Notes: generated from the letters alone by a model not told the origin. A stretch of 45,989 nucleotides of DNA, filler included, from Catajapyx aquilonaris (GCA_000934665.2; 2 parts of 2 records of this genome joined end to end with filler, not necessarily neighbours in it); one strand, 5' to 3'; positions 23,505 through 36,677 are shown, counted from the first letter of the whole stretch. A program made the numbers and translations.

Positions 23505-24353
23505 GTAAGTGCAAGTTAAATTAGACAAATGTTTGAAACTTTGAATAGGGGATTGTGGATGTAAATACTATGTGCCACCAGATGCCACATAATTCCAACT
23601 TAACTCTGTGGGACATGCCTGCCAGATAATTGTACATATGAGAGATTTTGCAAACATCATGTGCTTGTTTTTGGAAGGACAAGTAATTACACTGTTCTAC
23701 AAAATAACACTTTTTTTTCTCATTCCTGAACATTTGAATAGTGATTCCTATTGTACTTTCTGCGCTGAATCCGAATATCTACTCAGAAGGTTTCTGTCAG
23801 GCACAGTTTTAGAGATATATCGTTTTAAAGTTTGGAACGGTTTACTAGGGGTCTTTCCGAATCAAGTGGGCCTAAATGTTGCTAGACCATCTCGGATCTT
23901 GGTAAAAATAATCGCAGATGTACTCGCCTATTCCTTAATGCTGCTTATAACGTGTCAGGCATATTGCGGAATACCATGACGAGGAAAAATATCGCAAAAA
24001 TCTGGAAATGGCTGAAAATGAGGCCTTTTTTGGAGAATTTTTCTCAGTTAGTGGAAGTGGGCAAAAGCCAATGAACATGCATATCAAAAGAAAGAGAAAC
24101 ACCAGGAGAATGCACCTATGGAATTGGTTTTCCTCTTAAATGTAAAAATAACTTTTTATAGCATTTAATTGGTCACTTGATCAGTCACATGCCCAAGAAT
24201 TGTGACCTCAACAGTTAGTGATGTATTTGTGTTGCATCAGTCATATCTGGTGACACTAGTTCTGATGGATATAAGGTTCAGTATGTTAAGTTTGAGGCCT
24301 GGGTCATGCATGGTTCGCGAGAAAATAATAAATATGTTTTGCAGATACAGATA

Positions 24354-24863
24354 CAGGGTGTACCGCAAAAACATACTCGAAAGTAGCTGCATCCTAACTG
24401 AGGCACTTAAGTAAGTGCAATGTTTCCTTCTGTCAGTTGTAAGTTCAAGTTCCCAGGTTTCGTAGCTTGACAGACAGTAATGTTGCGTAATTTTGCACTG
24501 CGTAATGCGCCATTAGATTTTAGTAATTAACATGCATAAATCTTCTTCACACATCCAAGAGTTTTAATACCACATCAAGTACAGTATTGTATGCATGTGT
24601 GAGTGTGTGTGACTGCGGCATTATTCAGCTACACTGTAAACCGTAAAACATTAACCCTTAACTGAAGATGGCTGAAGAAGATTTATGCCTGTTAATTACT
24701 AAAATCTAATGGCACATTACGCAGTGCAAAATTACGCAACCGTCTGTCAAGCTACGAAACCTGGGAACTTGAACTTACAACTGACAGAAGGAAACATTGC
24801 ACCTACTTACGTGGCTCAGTTCGGATGCCGCTACTTTAGAGTATGTTTTTGCGGTACACCCTG
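24354..24863. mobile_element. Tc1/mariner-type MITE with long TIRs
   Basis: TA|CAGGGTGTACCGCAAAAACATACTC..GAGTATGTTTTTGCGGTACACCCTG|TA with ~180-bp arms; a second related right end at ~24990-25006. Confidence 0.85.
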
Positions 24864-25386
24864 TATCGCGGGTTCAAAAATCAAAATGGCTTCAAAATCG
24901 CAATCTGCGACCACCGAAATGTATAGGAAAAGACAATTTTCACCCACTCAGAAGACATGCAATGAAGAAGCTATTAGTTTCACGCGTGATTTTGCGGTAC
25001 ACCCTGTAGCGCTGGTTCAAAAATCAAACCAGCTTGTAAATGTCATTCTGCCACCATGAAAACATGAGGCATATGCTGGAGTAAATCCAGCAGTTTTCCT
25101 GCCTTTCCCCCCGTTGCGTTGGTATGTTGGTCTGAATCAAGCTCCGACGCTCGCTCCGAACGCGGCTCTACTCCTCCAGAGTGGCTCCACTGTTAGCTGG
25201 TTCGTGGAGCAAGGTTCTGTTCGGTTCACAACCCTAGAAAATAGGTTTTTGGACTGTGGGAGATATGAGCAGAACCTGTGCGAGCAGAGAGAGTATGTCT
25301 AAAAAACCCATTCAGCATGAAAAAATGCTCCTCCTGATGCAGGGATCAACCTTGGGACCTCAGAGGTGATATGCTTTGATCTAAAC

Positions 25387-25718
25387 CAGCCCCTGGAAAC
25401 TTCTATCCCAGCGCAATAGAAAAGGCCGATCCGTTATTCCTTCCCGCAGCGGCGCTAGTAAAAACAATGGAATCTCGCTGTGCGTGTCGTTCATTCGCCA
25501 TAACAACTCCATTCGCCATAACCCTCCTCCCGATTACTAGGTTTATCAGCGATCCCCCTCCCGATTACTACCGATAGCGTATACCAAGATGGCCGCAATA
25601 TGTGAGATGTTCACGATCCAGGTCACATCATGGCCACCTCCAGTCAGCGCCACGGCGGGAATGAGTAACGGAACGCAAGATGGCGGGGAGTTTCCCGACC
25701 TCTCCTTATACGACCGTG
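25387..25718. mobile_element. Insertion with 8-bp TSD (hAT-like) inside a degenerate tRNA-derived SINE
   Basis: ATCTAAAC precedes CAGCCCC and follows CCGTG; TIRs are poor; the joined flanks read as a decayed tRNA-like head on the minus strand. Confidence 0.5.
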
Positions 25719-26445
25719 ATCTAAACCATTATGATCTTGAGCTCTCTCTTGTGAGTCATATCTAGTATAACTACGTATTACTGTGGTATTCACTTGACTC
25801 TGGATATAATATAACAGCCTCGGTTGTGACGGACTCGAAAGGCAGGACCCGTCATACTTCCATAAGGCCCTGTGTATTTTTACTCCTGATATAACATACT
25901 CATTTCATTTTCACCTCACCTCGGCTATAACAGGTGATTTTTTTGGTCCCTCGGCAGGAAAATATGCTGTTTTCAACTATTGTATTTCCTTTTCCACATG
26001 CAGAAAGGCAGAGAATACTGGAGGGGGGTGATTTTCGCGTTTGTCACTGATCTAAACTACTCAAAATCATACTTTTTCTGGTACATTTGGCAACAAGGGG
26101 ACAGGCAGAAGAAAATCACTGATTTTTTTGGTCCTGCCTAATTTTGCCTTTTTGTGGATAGTTTCATTAATAAATGCAATAGTGTGCATTATAAGCATAT
26201 GGAAAGCAGAAAACTTGTGTATTCATTGCAAAAGTGGTGATTTGGCTATAACAGACCTCAGTTATAACAACAGACTTTTTCCGTGGTCCCTTGAAGTCTG
26301 TTATATCCGGGGTCTACCGTATTTACTTGTGCAATTATTACTCCTTGCTTGGCTTGCTGAAAATTATACTAGCTGTGGCTTTAGGAGGATGCATTGTAAA
26401 GGCAAGTTTGAAGTGATACTAAAATAACTTCATTTCTTTTTGCAG

Positions 26446-26477
26446 TGACGAGGAACTTGAGATTGCTCTGAATGAAG
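26446..26477 (+). CDS. Internal exon B (32 nt)
   Basis: tttctttttgcag| DEELEIALNE G|GTATGA; phase 2 in, phase 1 out. Confidence 0.5.
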
Positions 26478-26793
26478 GTATGATACTTTCCATCATTAAC
26501 AACACTATAATAGCATAGTAGTATTTATGTCTGCATGTCCATGATATCAATAGATTGGCCAGGAAATGGTTTCTGTGCACACACACCTATGCAGCACACC
26601 TCTTTGTAAGGAGATCCCTTAACAGGTGGACCAGCCAGTGGTTTCCTAGGTATCTGGATAATCACTGCTGATGGTATTTTGTGAGATCGCTTCTTATGCC
26701 GTAATGATTATTATCACACACAAATCCTGCTCCCTAGGTAACTGTTGTAAGGTGAGTTGGTCCATCTGCCAGGTGATCTTCTTACAGAGAGGC

Positions 26794-27065
26794 CCCCCGA
26801 TGGTATCTCCACCTTATCGTGGTGGTGGGGTTTGCGTTTCTCCCGTGACCCCAAGAGCTATGCCGGCGGTAGCTTCGTCTACTGGTAGGGCCACCCAAGC
26901 CTGACAGGTCTTGGGGGTAGGAGACAGACTAAGAGAGATGCCAGTCTTTCCTCTCTTCTTTTTCCTCTTCGTTTCTCTCTCCATCTGTCCCACCTTTGCT
27001 TCTTCTTAAAACCAGATAGCCATAGTTGCTTTGGCTTCTTCCGAATAAACCAAACCAAACCAAAC
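26794..27065 (+). mobile_element. Short non-autonomous retroposon with RTE-like structured head and (AAACC)n tail
   Basis: 13-bp TSD CTTACAGAGAGGC (26781-26793, 27066-27078); microsatellite tail; no Pol III A/B boxes seen; diverged second copy at ~45534-45781 (minus). Confidence 0.8.
26802..26942 (+). ncRNA. Candidate self-cleaving ribozyme (hatchet-like or HDV-like fold)
   Basis: Pairings GGTATCTC/GAGATGCC, CCAC/GTGG, GTTTG/CAGAC, TCTCC/GGAGA and CCCCAAGA/TCTTGGGG; motifs GGGGTTT and CAGAC-TAA. Activity untested. Confidence 0.4.
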
Positions 27066-28260
27066 CTTACAGAGAGGCATCATGTGTGTTGCCGCATGTG
27101 TTTTTGGACAGGCCAATGTGTCTGTTCATCTACCTCATTACTGGTTGGTCCCTCAACATTTCTCACCCTCTACGTGTTTTTTTTTTTTTAATTTATTTAT
27201 TTTTACTTGTTTTGGGCCAACAAGTACCGTACTCTGCCTGCCGGTTGACCTAGAAAGAAACACCTTGTATATTTCTGCTGATGTGATTGAGTTACATTTC
27301 CAAAATCATGTTGAACTGCAAAAAGTCTTAAACTGTGCCTGTTATGCTTATCAACATTGAACTGCTGAACACGCAAGTCTGCATGTTACTCCACCATTTC
27401 ATATGGTGTGTTTCAATATGAGGAGGTGGCCATAAATCAAGAGTGTCATGATTGGTGGAATTGAACAAAATTAGGCTTCTTTACCTATTGACCTATTTCC
27501 TGATGAAATTTGAAAATGTCTCACTTTGATGGAAATAGGTATCTTTTCCTGTTTTGAAGCATAGGTTTTGAACTTAAATTTGAATTTCCTGAAGTAGGCA
27601 AATTACACTAAATAATATCCATTGCCTACACACATATTCGCTCTAGTGTTTATGTCGAGGGTTGTAGGGCCTACTAGAAACTAGATGATGTCACAGTCTG
27701 AGCAGTATGCTTGCAGAGTGATTCAGGGACATGATAGGAGAGAAGAGCTGGGCGGAGGTGGGGCTGAACGTGACCTCATATCGTTCTTTCCTTTAATGAG
27801 CTGCATTTGGCCAGGCCAACCCGTCATCATTTCTTATTCAGTGTATATATATCTAGAACATCACACTCTCTGAACAGTGACTGGGGTTTGCCCTCTTATA
27901 CACTAGCTTCTCCTTTTCTGTGTACTGCTCCTATCCCAACTAATATCACTGTCATTGGCAGAAGTCCATTTGCAAGGAAAAACCTAGGAAAGAAACAAAG
28001 GAGTTCTCCATCTGGAATAATGCAATACTATCATCGGCTGAAAATAGCTGACTTCAGAAATCACCTCTGATGATAGTGATGAAGATAGATAGCTTTGGCT
28101 AATTTCCCAGATTTCCTCCTCTTGTTACAGCCTCAGGAAAACTGATTTCAACCCGTGTCTTTGGCTCATTAGGTGATCCTTTGCATGAAGATTTTAATGG
28201 CAGTGCCAGCTCAAAAACTCCAAAAAATGAAGATAGACACTTTTGGCAGCCACCTCCTCA

Positions 28261-28427
28261 AGGCCCATTCACACAGGCCGTCAACGGTTTTGGTTTTTGG
28301 TCTCGTCGACCCCGCGGGCCCTCACGGTAACCATGACGCGTTGTTTACGTGAGGGCCCACTCTGATTGGTCCGCGGGGTCGACGAGACCAAAAACCAAAA
28401 CCGTCGCCGGCCTGTGTGAATGGGCCT
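28261..28427. mobile_element. PIF/Harbinger-type MITE
   Basis: TCA|AGGCCCATTCACACAGGCCG..CGGCCTGTGTGAATGGGCCT|TCA: 3-bp TSD, almost wholly palindromic. Confidence 0.85.
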
Positions 28428-28623
28428 TCATACAAGTATCTTCCCATGCCCATTTCATGAGCAATTTTTTCATACTACTACAAGTACAAGCTGCTTTCTA
28501 TTATGTATTTATGTTTGTGTAGTTTTAGGAGCTATCAAAGATATCAGCTTCTAATATATGGAAAAACATCTCTTTGAAACATCAGCCTGGAAAAGGGAAA
28601 GGCTCAACCATTGACTTGAGGTA

Positions 28624-30362
28624 CAGTACCGTGAAAAATAGCATATCATAAGTGTAAACAACGGCTTTGGCATTACCTGGCAACTGGGCATGTTCGGACA
28701 TCGGCATGTGGAGAGTGCTTAGCGTTCTTTCTATTGAACATTGCCACTGTTTACAGGTAGCCATTGATGCTGGGCGACCTAGCGACGGTTGTGCATGCTT
28801 ACCAATGCATCGGAATAAGCGGGCTGAGGGGATATTATTTTGAGAAGGCGCTTTGTTATTATCACACTTGAGATCGTCACTTTCCAGCATGAGTCAGGAT
28901 GCATGGAGTTACTGAATATATCGGGAAGGAGTCCAGTATGCTCTTGTCTGCCAATTTAATATAAGGTCCACTGAATGTCATCCACTCCCAATCAAGTCCA
29001 GTGTAACAGATGAAAGGGGAGTGGTGGGTGGGTGAGAGTGTGTAAAAGAGGGTGGGTTGTGGGTAAGGAACACATTTTCCTTCTGAATTACTGTCAGAGT
29101 CTGAAATGTTGGATTTTTTCATCTTGTGAGATTCAGGTCTGACTCTCAGAACGTTTGAGAATAACTGATTTATTTCCCACTCACGATCAACATCAACATA
29201 GTACGCTAGTACAGGGTAATTCACATAAAACTGACACATTTCGTTCTCAATTAATTTTAACAAGAAGGGTGTATTTATTTATTTATTTATTGTACCTCAA
29301 ATGTAGAGTAACTTGGGAGAATACGAAACTCTAGAGGAAATGTTGAAAATGTCCTCCTTCCTGCTCTAAGCAGAGCGCAACACGTCCCGTCGTTCCATGT
29401 TGCTTGCCGTTCGTTGGAGAATGCTGTTGTCACAAGACCATTGATCTCTTGTATAATGTTTTGCTTCAAATCGTCCAAAGTTCAGGGGCGTGTGACGTAA
29501 ACTTGGGCTTTTAAGAGACCCCATAGAAAGAAGTCCGGGCTTGTCAAATCTGGAGATCTCGGTGGCCACAGATTCTTGGAAATTATCCGGTCGTCAAAGA
29601 AACTTTCAATGAGCTCCATGGATTTGTTTGATGTATGGCATGTGGCACCATATTGTTGAAAATATCCTTTACCCAGCTCTACGTCATCCAGTTGCTCAAC
29701 AAACTCCATGAAAATGCGCCGCTACTCTTCAGTGTTAACAGTCCGGTGGAAAAAAATTGGTCCCACTATTCTGTGTGTGGAGATTGCGCACCAAACCCAG
29801 ACTTTAACTGGGTGCATTGGTGTTTCATGAATGATGTGTGGATTCTGGACGGCCCAATAGCGTGTGTTCTGTGCGTTGACAAGGAATCATAACTGCAAAG
29901 GACCCGGCTTAATTCGAAACCTGAGGGGCCATTATGTGCAATGTGCATGTCCATCCGAATAAATAAAGAAAGAAATGTGTCAGTTTTATATTAATCACCC
30001 TGTATAAACCATAGTAACCACCAGACATGGCAACCAACTACTAGAACATCCCTCTCATCTTTCCAGCCATTCTGTAACTCCACCATGGGCACCATCATGG
30101 GAAGTGATGATAGTGTGATAATGACAAAAGCGCCTTCTCAAAATAATATCCCCTCAGCCCGCTTATTCCGATGCCATGCATTGGTAAGCATGCACAACCG
30201 TCGCTAGGTCGTCCAGCATCAATGGCTACCTGTAAACAGTGGCAATGTTCAATAGAAAGAACGCTAAGCACTCTCCACATGCCGATGTCCGAACACGCCC
30301 AGTTGCCAGGTAACGCCAAAGCCGTTGTTCACACTTATGATATGCTATTTTGCACGGTACTG
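28624..30362. mobile_element. Non-autonomous Tc1/mariner/pogo-type element with ~240-bp TIRs
   Basis: TA|CAGTACCGTG..CACGGTACTG|TA; mirrored ORFs 28582-28890 and 30095-30380. Confidence 0.85.
29212..30002 (-). mobile_element. Internally deleted Tc1/mariner (DDxD) transposon nested in the previous element
   Basis: TA|CAGGGTAATTCACATAAAACTGACACATTT..AAATGTGTCAGTTTTATATTAATCACCCTG|TA; transposase remnant FQQYGATCH..WPPRSPDLTSPDFFLWG..DDLKQNI with stops. Confidence 0.88.
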
Positions 30363-31879
30363 TACCAGTGGATCAAATAGGGTCACTTGAAATTTCAAAG
30401 CCCTACTGTGCTTATATGGTGCGATTCAATTGCACTGTCTCTTTTTTTTTGTGCAAAATTGCTTATGTTAGGCAGTCACTTTGGAACACCTGCTCTTAGA
30501 AGCTATTTATGGTACAAATATTAGCTACTAATGGTAGGTTGAATTGGTCCTTTTTTAGCTAATACAGAAAGGTTTAATCTTTGAAAAAATTTGTACATCT
30601 ATTGATTGCATGTGCTACGTGGTCAAAAGTAGCCATTCTGAATGTCTTAAGCTTAGATATGTAGCCTATTTTATGCAGTGCAAAGCATGAATAAATGCCT
30701 CCAATAAACCCAATACTTGAAGCTAATTGAAGAGTGGAAATGATAAAGGCTCTAAGTGCCAAAAGCAAAAATTTTGAGAATATTCATCAAAAGCGCTTCA
30801 TGTGCCGAGGCCAATACCCGTATGAAACCTCCAAATGCCCCAGATTGCTCATTTGATAGCAGGAATTCCTCAAAGATAGCGTAGGTTGTATGTCCATGCT
30901 GTTCCTTCAATAAAGCTCTTAAGTGCCACACAACATGGCGTACGATGGAATTTCCGAAGTTCAAGGCAAACGCTGGGAAAAGGGCGAAGGAAGTGCTGCA
31001 AGTGTCCGAGGTGTCAAGGGAATAAGCAATTCAGATGTTGTTTAACATCTTGTATTTTGAGGCCTGTTTATATTCCGTGAAAAAAAATTTCCTCGTTAAC
31101 CCTTAGAATCATGAACACAGTTACACTGTACTCCCGATTATCTGGCCTAATGATGTTGACAGATTATCGGCAAATGGTCATAGATACCGTAAAAATGAGC
31201 TAAACACAGGTTTTTAATGTACTACTCTACAGATAATCTGCACCCGGATAATCAGGAGTACAATGTATTTGGTAGCCTCTAGTGGATATGGTGCAGGTCA
31301 TCCATCAGTACCACAGGAATACCCCTATTTACATGATAATAATGTTAATGTGAGATTCTTGCACTTACACTCTTAATGAGGAAACCGTCCCCTGGCCCTT
31401 TCAGCTCTTTTGTTTCATCACATTTGGCCTTGGATTTTTATTATTAAGCAGTGACATATGTTCACTATTATTTCATCTGGCCAAGTGCCTTGATTGTATG
31501 TTACATCTGTGATGCCCTGTTCACCAAAAAAAAAAAAGAGTAGAATTTCGGATAGGATACACATAAATGGTTTTTTCTCAGCTTAAAAAATTTGTCACTT
31601 AGAGCCTTTATCATCTCCACTCTTCAATTTTTGTGACAACTGTCAAGGTAAGATTTTTTTTTGTGGAATTTGTTTATTCAAGGAGGAAAACGCTGACATC
31701 TACTAAATTTGTCACTTTTATTCTGGGCACTTCTCGTACTGAGAAATTACCATTTAATTTTCTCATATCAGTAGCCTACAATCTTTAAAATATTGAGGTC
31801 TATATTTTTTAAATGCTGGCTTCGCAAATGTTTCAGAGTTAGTGTTAGTATGATGAAAAGATGGCAGAGAAAGCAAAAT

Positions 31880-32274
31880 CAGGGCCGGCGCTAGGGGTGT
31901 GCGACCAGTGCTACCGCACAGGGCGCAGATGCGTGTGGGGCGCGAAAGAAGCGTAATGAGCCCTTTCCAAATAATATATAAATGTCATTAAATTTTTCTT
32001 CCTTAATGGTGCACACAAGGCCACAAGGGTGGCACCGCAGCAGAGCGCCACTTACTCAGCGCCTTCCAATGGCTTCCAGCAGCAAAATTTATTAATGCAA
32101 TTGACAATGCTCACCACATTCTTTCAGCGTTTCTGCTTCAAAAACATGTCATCATAGCGCCCCCTTCCAAAAAGGTTCCCCTTTCAAGGAGTAAATAAAA
32201 AGCAGTTGGAGGGGGGGGCATAATATAATTATGTCAAACTGCACAAGGCGCCATCTCACCTAACGCCGGCCCTG
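31880..32274. mobile_element. hAT-type MITE
   Basis: TIRs CAGGGCCGGCGCTAGG / CCTAACGCCGGCCCTG with perfect 8-bp TSD AGCAAAAT (31872-31879, 32275-32282). Confidence 0.9.
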
Positions 32275-32387
32275 AGCAAAATTATGAGGAAAAATCATGA
32301 TTATCACCTCTTTATTCTTAGAACTTAAGTAACAATGTATCAGAGACCTAGCATTGTTTTTATACATAAATTCTCTTCCTCTTGTAG

Positions 32388-32445
32388 ATGCTAGTTCTTC
32401 CTCCGGTGAAAGTGATTCTACAGAAGACAGCCACTGGGTGCCTGG
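32388..32445 (+). CDS. Internal exon C (58 nt)
   Basis: ttctcttcctcttgtag| (D)ASSSSGESDSTEDSHWVP GG|GTAAGA; phase 1 in, phase 2 out. Confidence 0.55.
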
Positions 32446-32960
32446 GTAAGAAAAAAACATGTAACTAGTAAAGCATGTTAAAATGTCAGGATGTGTTTCC
32501 TTTTGTGCTGCATTGTAGGAGGTTGTAGGAATGGTGGAAATATCCTCATGGATTCAGGTTTTTAATTTGAATTTTGGAAACAAAGATTGCTCTAATTGAT
32601 TGTAGAAATTTTTGTTCCATTATAGAGATGATTGCATGTCAATTCTAGTGAAAATTTGTAGTGGATATAATGCAAGTGGTGTCATGTCCATTCTTTGATT
32701 ACAGAAATAGAAAAACCATAATAACTTGTTTCTGATTTTGAATGGAAACTTTATACCCTGTTGATTACTAATTGCCATTTACTTGTACTGTGCATGTAGT
32801 CAAAGCCATACAATGTGGCAGTGGTGCAGGCTAGATTTTCATCGGAGTAAAGGCACCACTCAACTTGGATCAGAGTAGTCAGCATGCAATATATTAGTCA
32901 TGAACATGTTCTGCCTTAAGATGCCAAAAAACAATAACTGAACATTTTGTACATTTTCAG

Positions 32961-33220
32961 AGATTATGCAAGCACTGACCATCTACCTTCACACCAGGTG
33001 GATTCAAGGGAAGTAAATGAAGCTGTAGTAGAGCCACCAACCAAGCTGAGAAAAACAGAAGATGTCACAGATGGTCTGGAGAGTGCAGGTTGCAACATCA
33101 GCACTGCCACAAGTAGTGAGTTACAAGAATCTAATGTGGATGGTGACATTGACAATATGCCACATGCAGAGAACTCAGGAAATTCTAATGACCCTGAGGA
33201 GGAGGAAGAAAGTGCTACTG
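32961..33220 (+). CDS. Internal exon D (acidic, with PPTKLRK basic motif)
   Basis: acattttcag| DYASTDHLPSHQ..PPTKLRKTED..DPEEEEESAT G|GTACAT; phase 2 in. The donor is weaker, so the exon could instead read on to the stop at 33273. Confidence 0.55.
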
Positions 33221-36200
33221 GTACATTGGAATTTACATTCGTAGCCTCCTTGCACATGAAAAAATGTGGGTGATTTTAAGTGATTCTAGTAGGCTACTGC
33301 TGAATTTCCATTCCATTCGTATGCATGGAAGTTGGATTTCGCACACTGCATAATATGACTGCTATACAAGCAGTTACATGTTGTACTATCATTGAGATCC
33401 ACTGTGTGCTTGGCACACTGTGATGACAATATAAAAAATTATTTTTTATGCAATATTTTGTAATGTTTCCCTGCAAAGTTAGGTGAGAGAAAAGGACTGG
33501 TCATGTGACAAGTGCCTTTCTTCCTATTGGCAGCAAATCAGATCAAAGACTGGAGGTGCTGGTAACAAAAACATTTGATCTCATTTGTCTGCCATTTATT
33601 TTCTGTTACAAGCACTCTACACTGTAGCCAGTAACTACATTTATACATCATTAGAAATTTGGAATTTAGAGTTTCAGAGTTTGTACACACAGTACTAAAG
33701 CACAATGAACTACGGTACCGTAATTATGAACACACTTTCCACTATCCCAATTTATAACGATTTCTATTTGTCATGTGACCCGACATAAGTATTTATTTCT
33801 AATATTTGTCATTTCATTGACAATACCACACTGCTTTCATATGAGACTGTTGTCCTTACTGGTTTTGGACATAGGGCATTTCACCTTGGGATGTCAAACA
33901 GGTTGTTTAAGAATAACACTGGTGTTATTCTAAACACCCTTAAATGTCAACATTTAAGACAACCTCATGCGAGCCAGAGGATCACCTATTTATGTGGGAG
34001 GAGGGGAGAGAGATCATTATTTTGGTCTCTGCAGCCTTGTTACCCAGATAATGTGCCTTTCGCCATGGCACCAGTTTTCACCAATAGCATGCCCTGGAAG
34101 GTTTGCCTATTCTACATGGGTGCATCCAAAACTTCACATGTTTTAAACTATGCCCATGGGCATGCAAGCAAATCCCCTCAGTGGCACTAATCTCTTTGCA
34201 TGCCACGACAACTCATGCAAGCAGATCATCTGTGGTTACTGGGGTCTTGTATATGCAAGGTGCTCCTGGTGGCACCAATAGCAAGACTGAATACCAGTAT
34301 ATCATTATCAATCTAAGTAAAATGCATTTATGCATTTAATGCTTACTAAGTGCACCCAACAGAGCCAATGGAATGACATCAAGATAAGGTTGTGTCATAG
34401 GTTGTGCGCTTGCAAGCAGCCTAGAAGCTGGACTTTTTGGCCTCTACCCTTGTGTGGACAGATGACAACCCTCTAGGTGCTACATATGAATTAAAACTAA
34501 TTCATCACATTGCTATAATTTATTTTTGTCAATAACTAATTGAAATTGTAAGCAAATGATGATCTAAATCACATGACACATGCTCATAAAGAATGGTATG
34601 ACTCTGTGGATGAAATGTTTATTCTTTTCCCAACCCCTGGGTCACCAGCAGGGTATTTCCATGATGCGTCCGTCCGTTCGTAACACAAGTTTTGCCTACG
34701 TGCACAAGTGTATTTTATTATAACAATGCCAGAATGCATGCACTGCATGCTTAATCCATTTCATGCGATGTGTGTGTATTGTTACTATAAAATACGCTAG
34801 TACATGTCGGCAAAACTTCCGTTACGAACGGACAGTATGTCTGTGTTTGCGTGGAAATGCCCAGCATGTTTTAAGGGGTCATGAGGAAGGCTGGGAAAAG
34901 GCAATTAAAATCAAGAAAAAAAGAGAAGAAAAAAACAAGACAAAGTAAGAAATTTTAAGGGGGGAAATTCATCTCAATCTATGTAAGCATTGTACCAGGT
35001 TGATCATTTAGGATTATAGGTTATAAAAAAATGTTGAAAAATTCAGGAGGGGGTCATATGGGTCGCCATAGGTCGAGGACAAGTTGTCCATAGGGTCGTG
35101 ACAAAATCAGGTTGAGAATAGTGCTGGATAGTCAGGATAACCACATCGTCCATAGAGTCGTACCATTCTTTATGAGAGGGACTGTACAGCACATGGATAG
35201 TAAGCAATATGCATCAAACAATTGAAGATGCCACTCCAAAATTTCGAAAAACCATTTTATTGCGGATTCCTACTCTTGGAGTCAGGTCTCACAGCCCTGG
35301 TGAAGATGAAGGTCAACCAGAACTGCCTTGCAATTGAATCTCAAGGGGGGATAAAGAGAATTTGGGAGTAAAATTCTCGCTACTAACAACAGCAGAACCG
35401 AATTTTTTTCTGTGTAAGTGTAACTGACCTCTCTTACACATGTTTGTGGTACTTTTTCCATATTATTAATATAGTATTTTAAAGTCATTTGCATGCGGGA
35501 GTAATTTACACCGTTGTGAAATTTTAAGTGATGTCATAACAAGCACCCAAAAGTGCTCCTGACCTTTGAAACCGATTTTTATGTTTAGCTATAACTATAA
35601 CCTTTCGGCAAATAATAATTTTGTCAAAGATTTTCTGATTTGTATGCTGGCGTGGGGTGGGAGAACCCTAATTTTCACGGTTTTTATTGTGCCTAGAGGG
35701 AATGGTCAACTGCAAACACGACCCTTCTTTTATGTAGGGAGGGTGGCATGGAGTGTCTCCTCTTTCGGCCGGAGTTGGAACTCGAAGAAGGTACACATTC
35801 TCTTTATCTCCCCCATAAACTACAAAACTCCATATGGAGCAATGAAGCATACATGCAGTTTTTTCTCTCCTGAAAACTTACACCTTGTGGAGTTGGGCCC
35901 TTTGGCAAGTGAGGTCTTCAATTGTGTTTCAACTGGTTTTTATGTGCATGTTTCACTTGGGAAACCCCTACAAAATTTAATTGTCTTTTTCAGTGTGAAT
36001 ATTCGGATTTTAATTTGCGTCGTGACAATTAATTTTGATCTCCTGAGGAATCAAAACAAATTCTACGTAGTGTGCTGGAATTTTTGTGATAATGTAATGT
36101 TCAGTTAGTGGTGCATAAAAATACATTTAATTGGACGAGTAAAATGTATAACTTTGTTACAAGGAATGCCAGTTCCATTGTTAATATGATACAAAAGAGA

Positions 36201-36677
36201 TTAGGCAACAAGTGGTTTTTAAATTGCATCTACTTTTGTTTCAAACATGGCTGATTAATGTGTGACATTAATTTTTGCCCTTTTTATTCTATTAGTGATA
36301 TTTCCAGTCCTCCAGAACTTATGTATGTTTCATTCAGATGCAAGTGAGCCATGATTATGATTAGTCACGGAATAAATGATAAAACCTGGACAAGTTTCAC
36401 CTTTCATTGCACCCCATGTGGTTGACAATTGAGTTGCAGAAGAGCCACAAATTATGCCAAAAGGAACCCCTGCCTAGACCTGTTCAGGTCCAACAACCAT
36501 ACAGGCAGGTGTAAAAAAAAAAAAAAGAAGGAAATAATGACCTGGAATGTACTTGTATTTTATTCTAATGTACTCTCCAATACCACTGAGACACCTGTCC
36601 CAGTGCTGGACACCTGTCATAAAATTGCCATGGTAATAGACCATGGATTTGTGATACATAAGTCACACTCCAAGTAA

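Noticed and set aside
26855..26925. Twister ribozyme (ATGCCGG..CCCAAGCC)
   Set aside because: The two half-motifs are separated by ~27 nt, the upstream UAA/P1-P2 context is missing, and copy 2 alters CCCAAGCC to CCCAAGTC.
35566..36108. 180-aa plus-strand ORF
   Set aside because: TTG start, no recognisable motifs, AT-rich repeat-like context with no supporting splice pattern.
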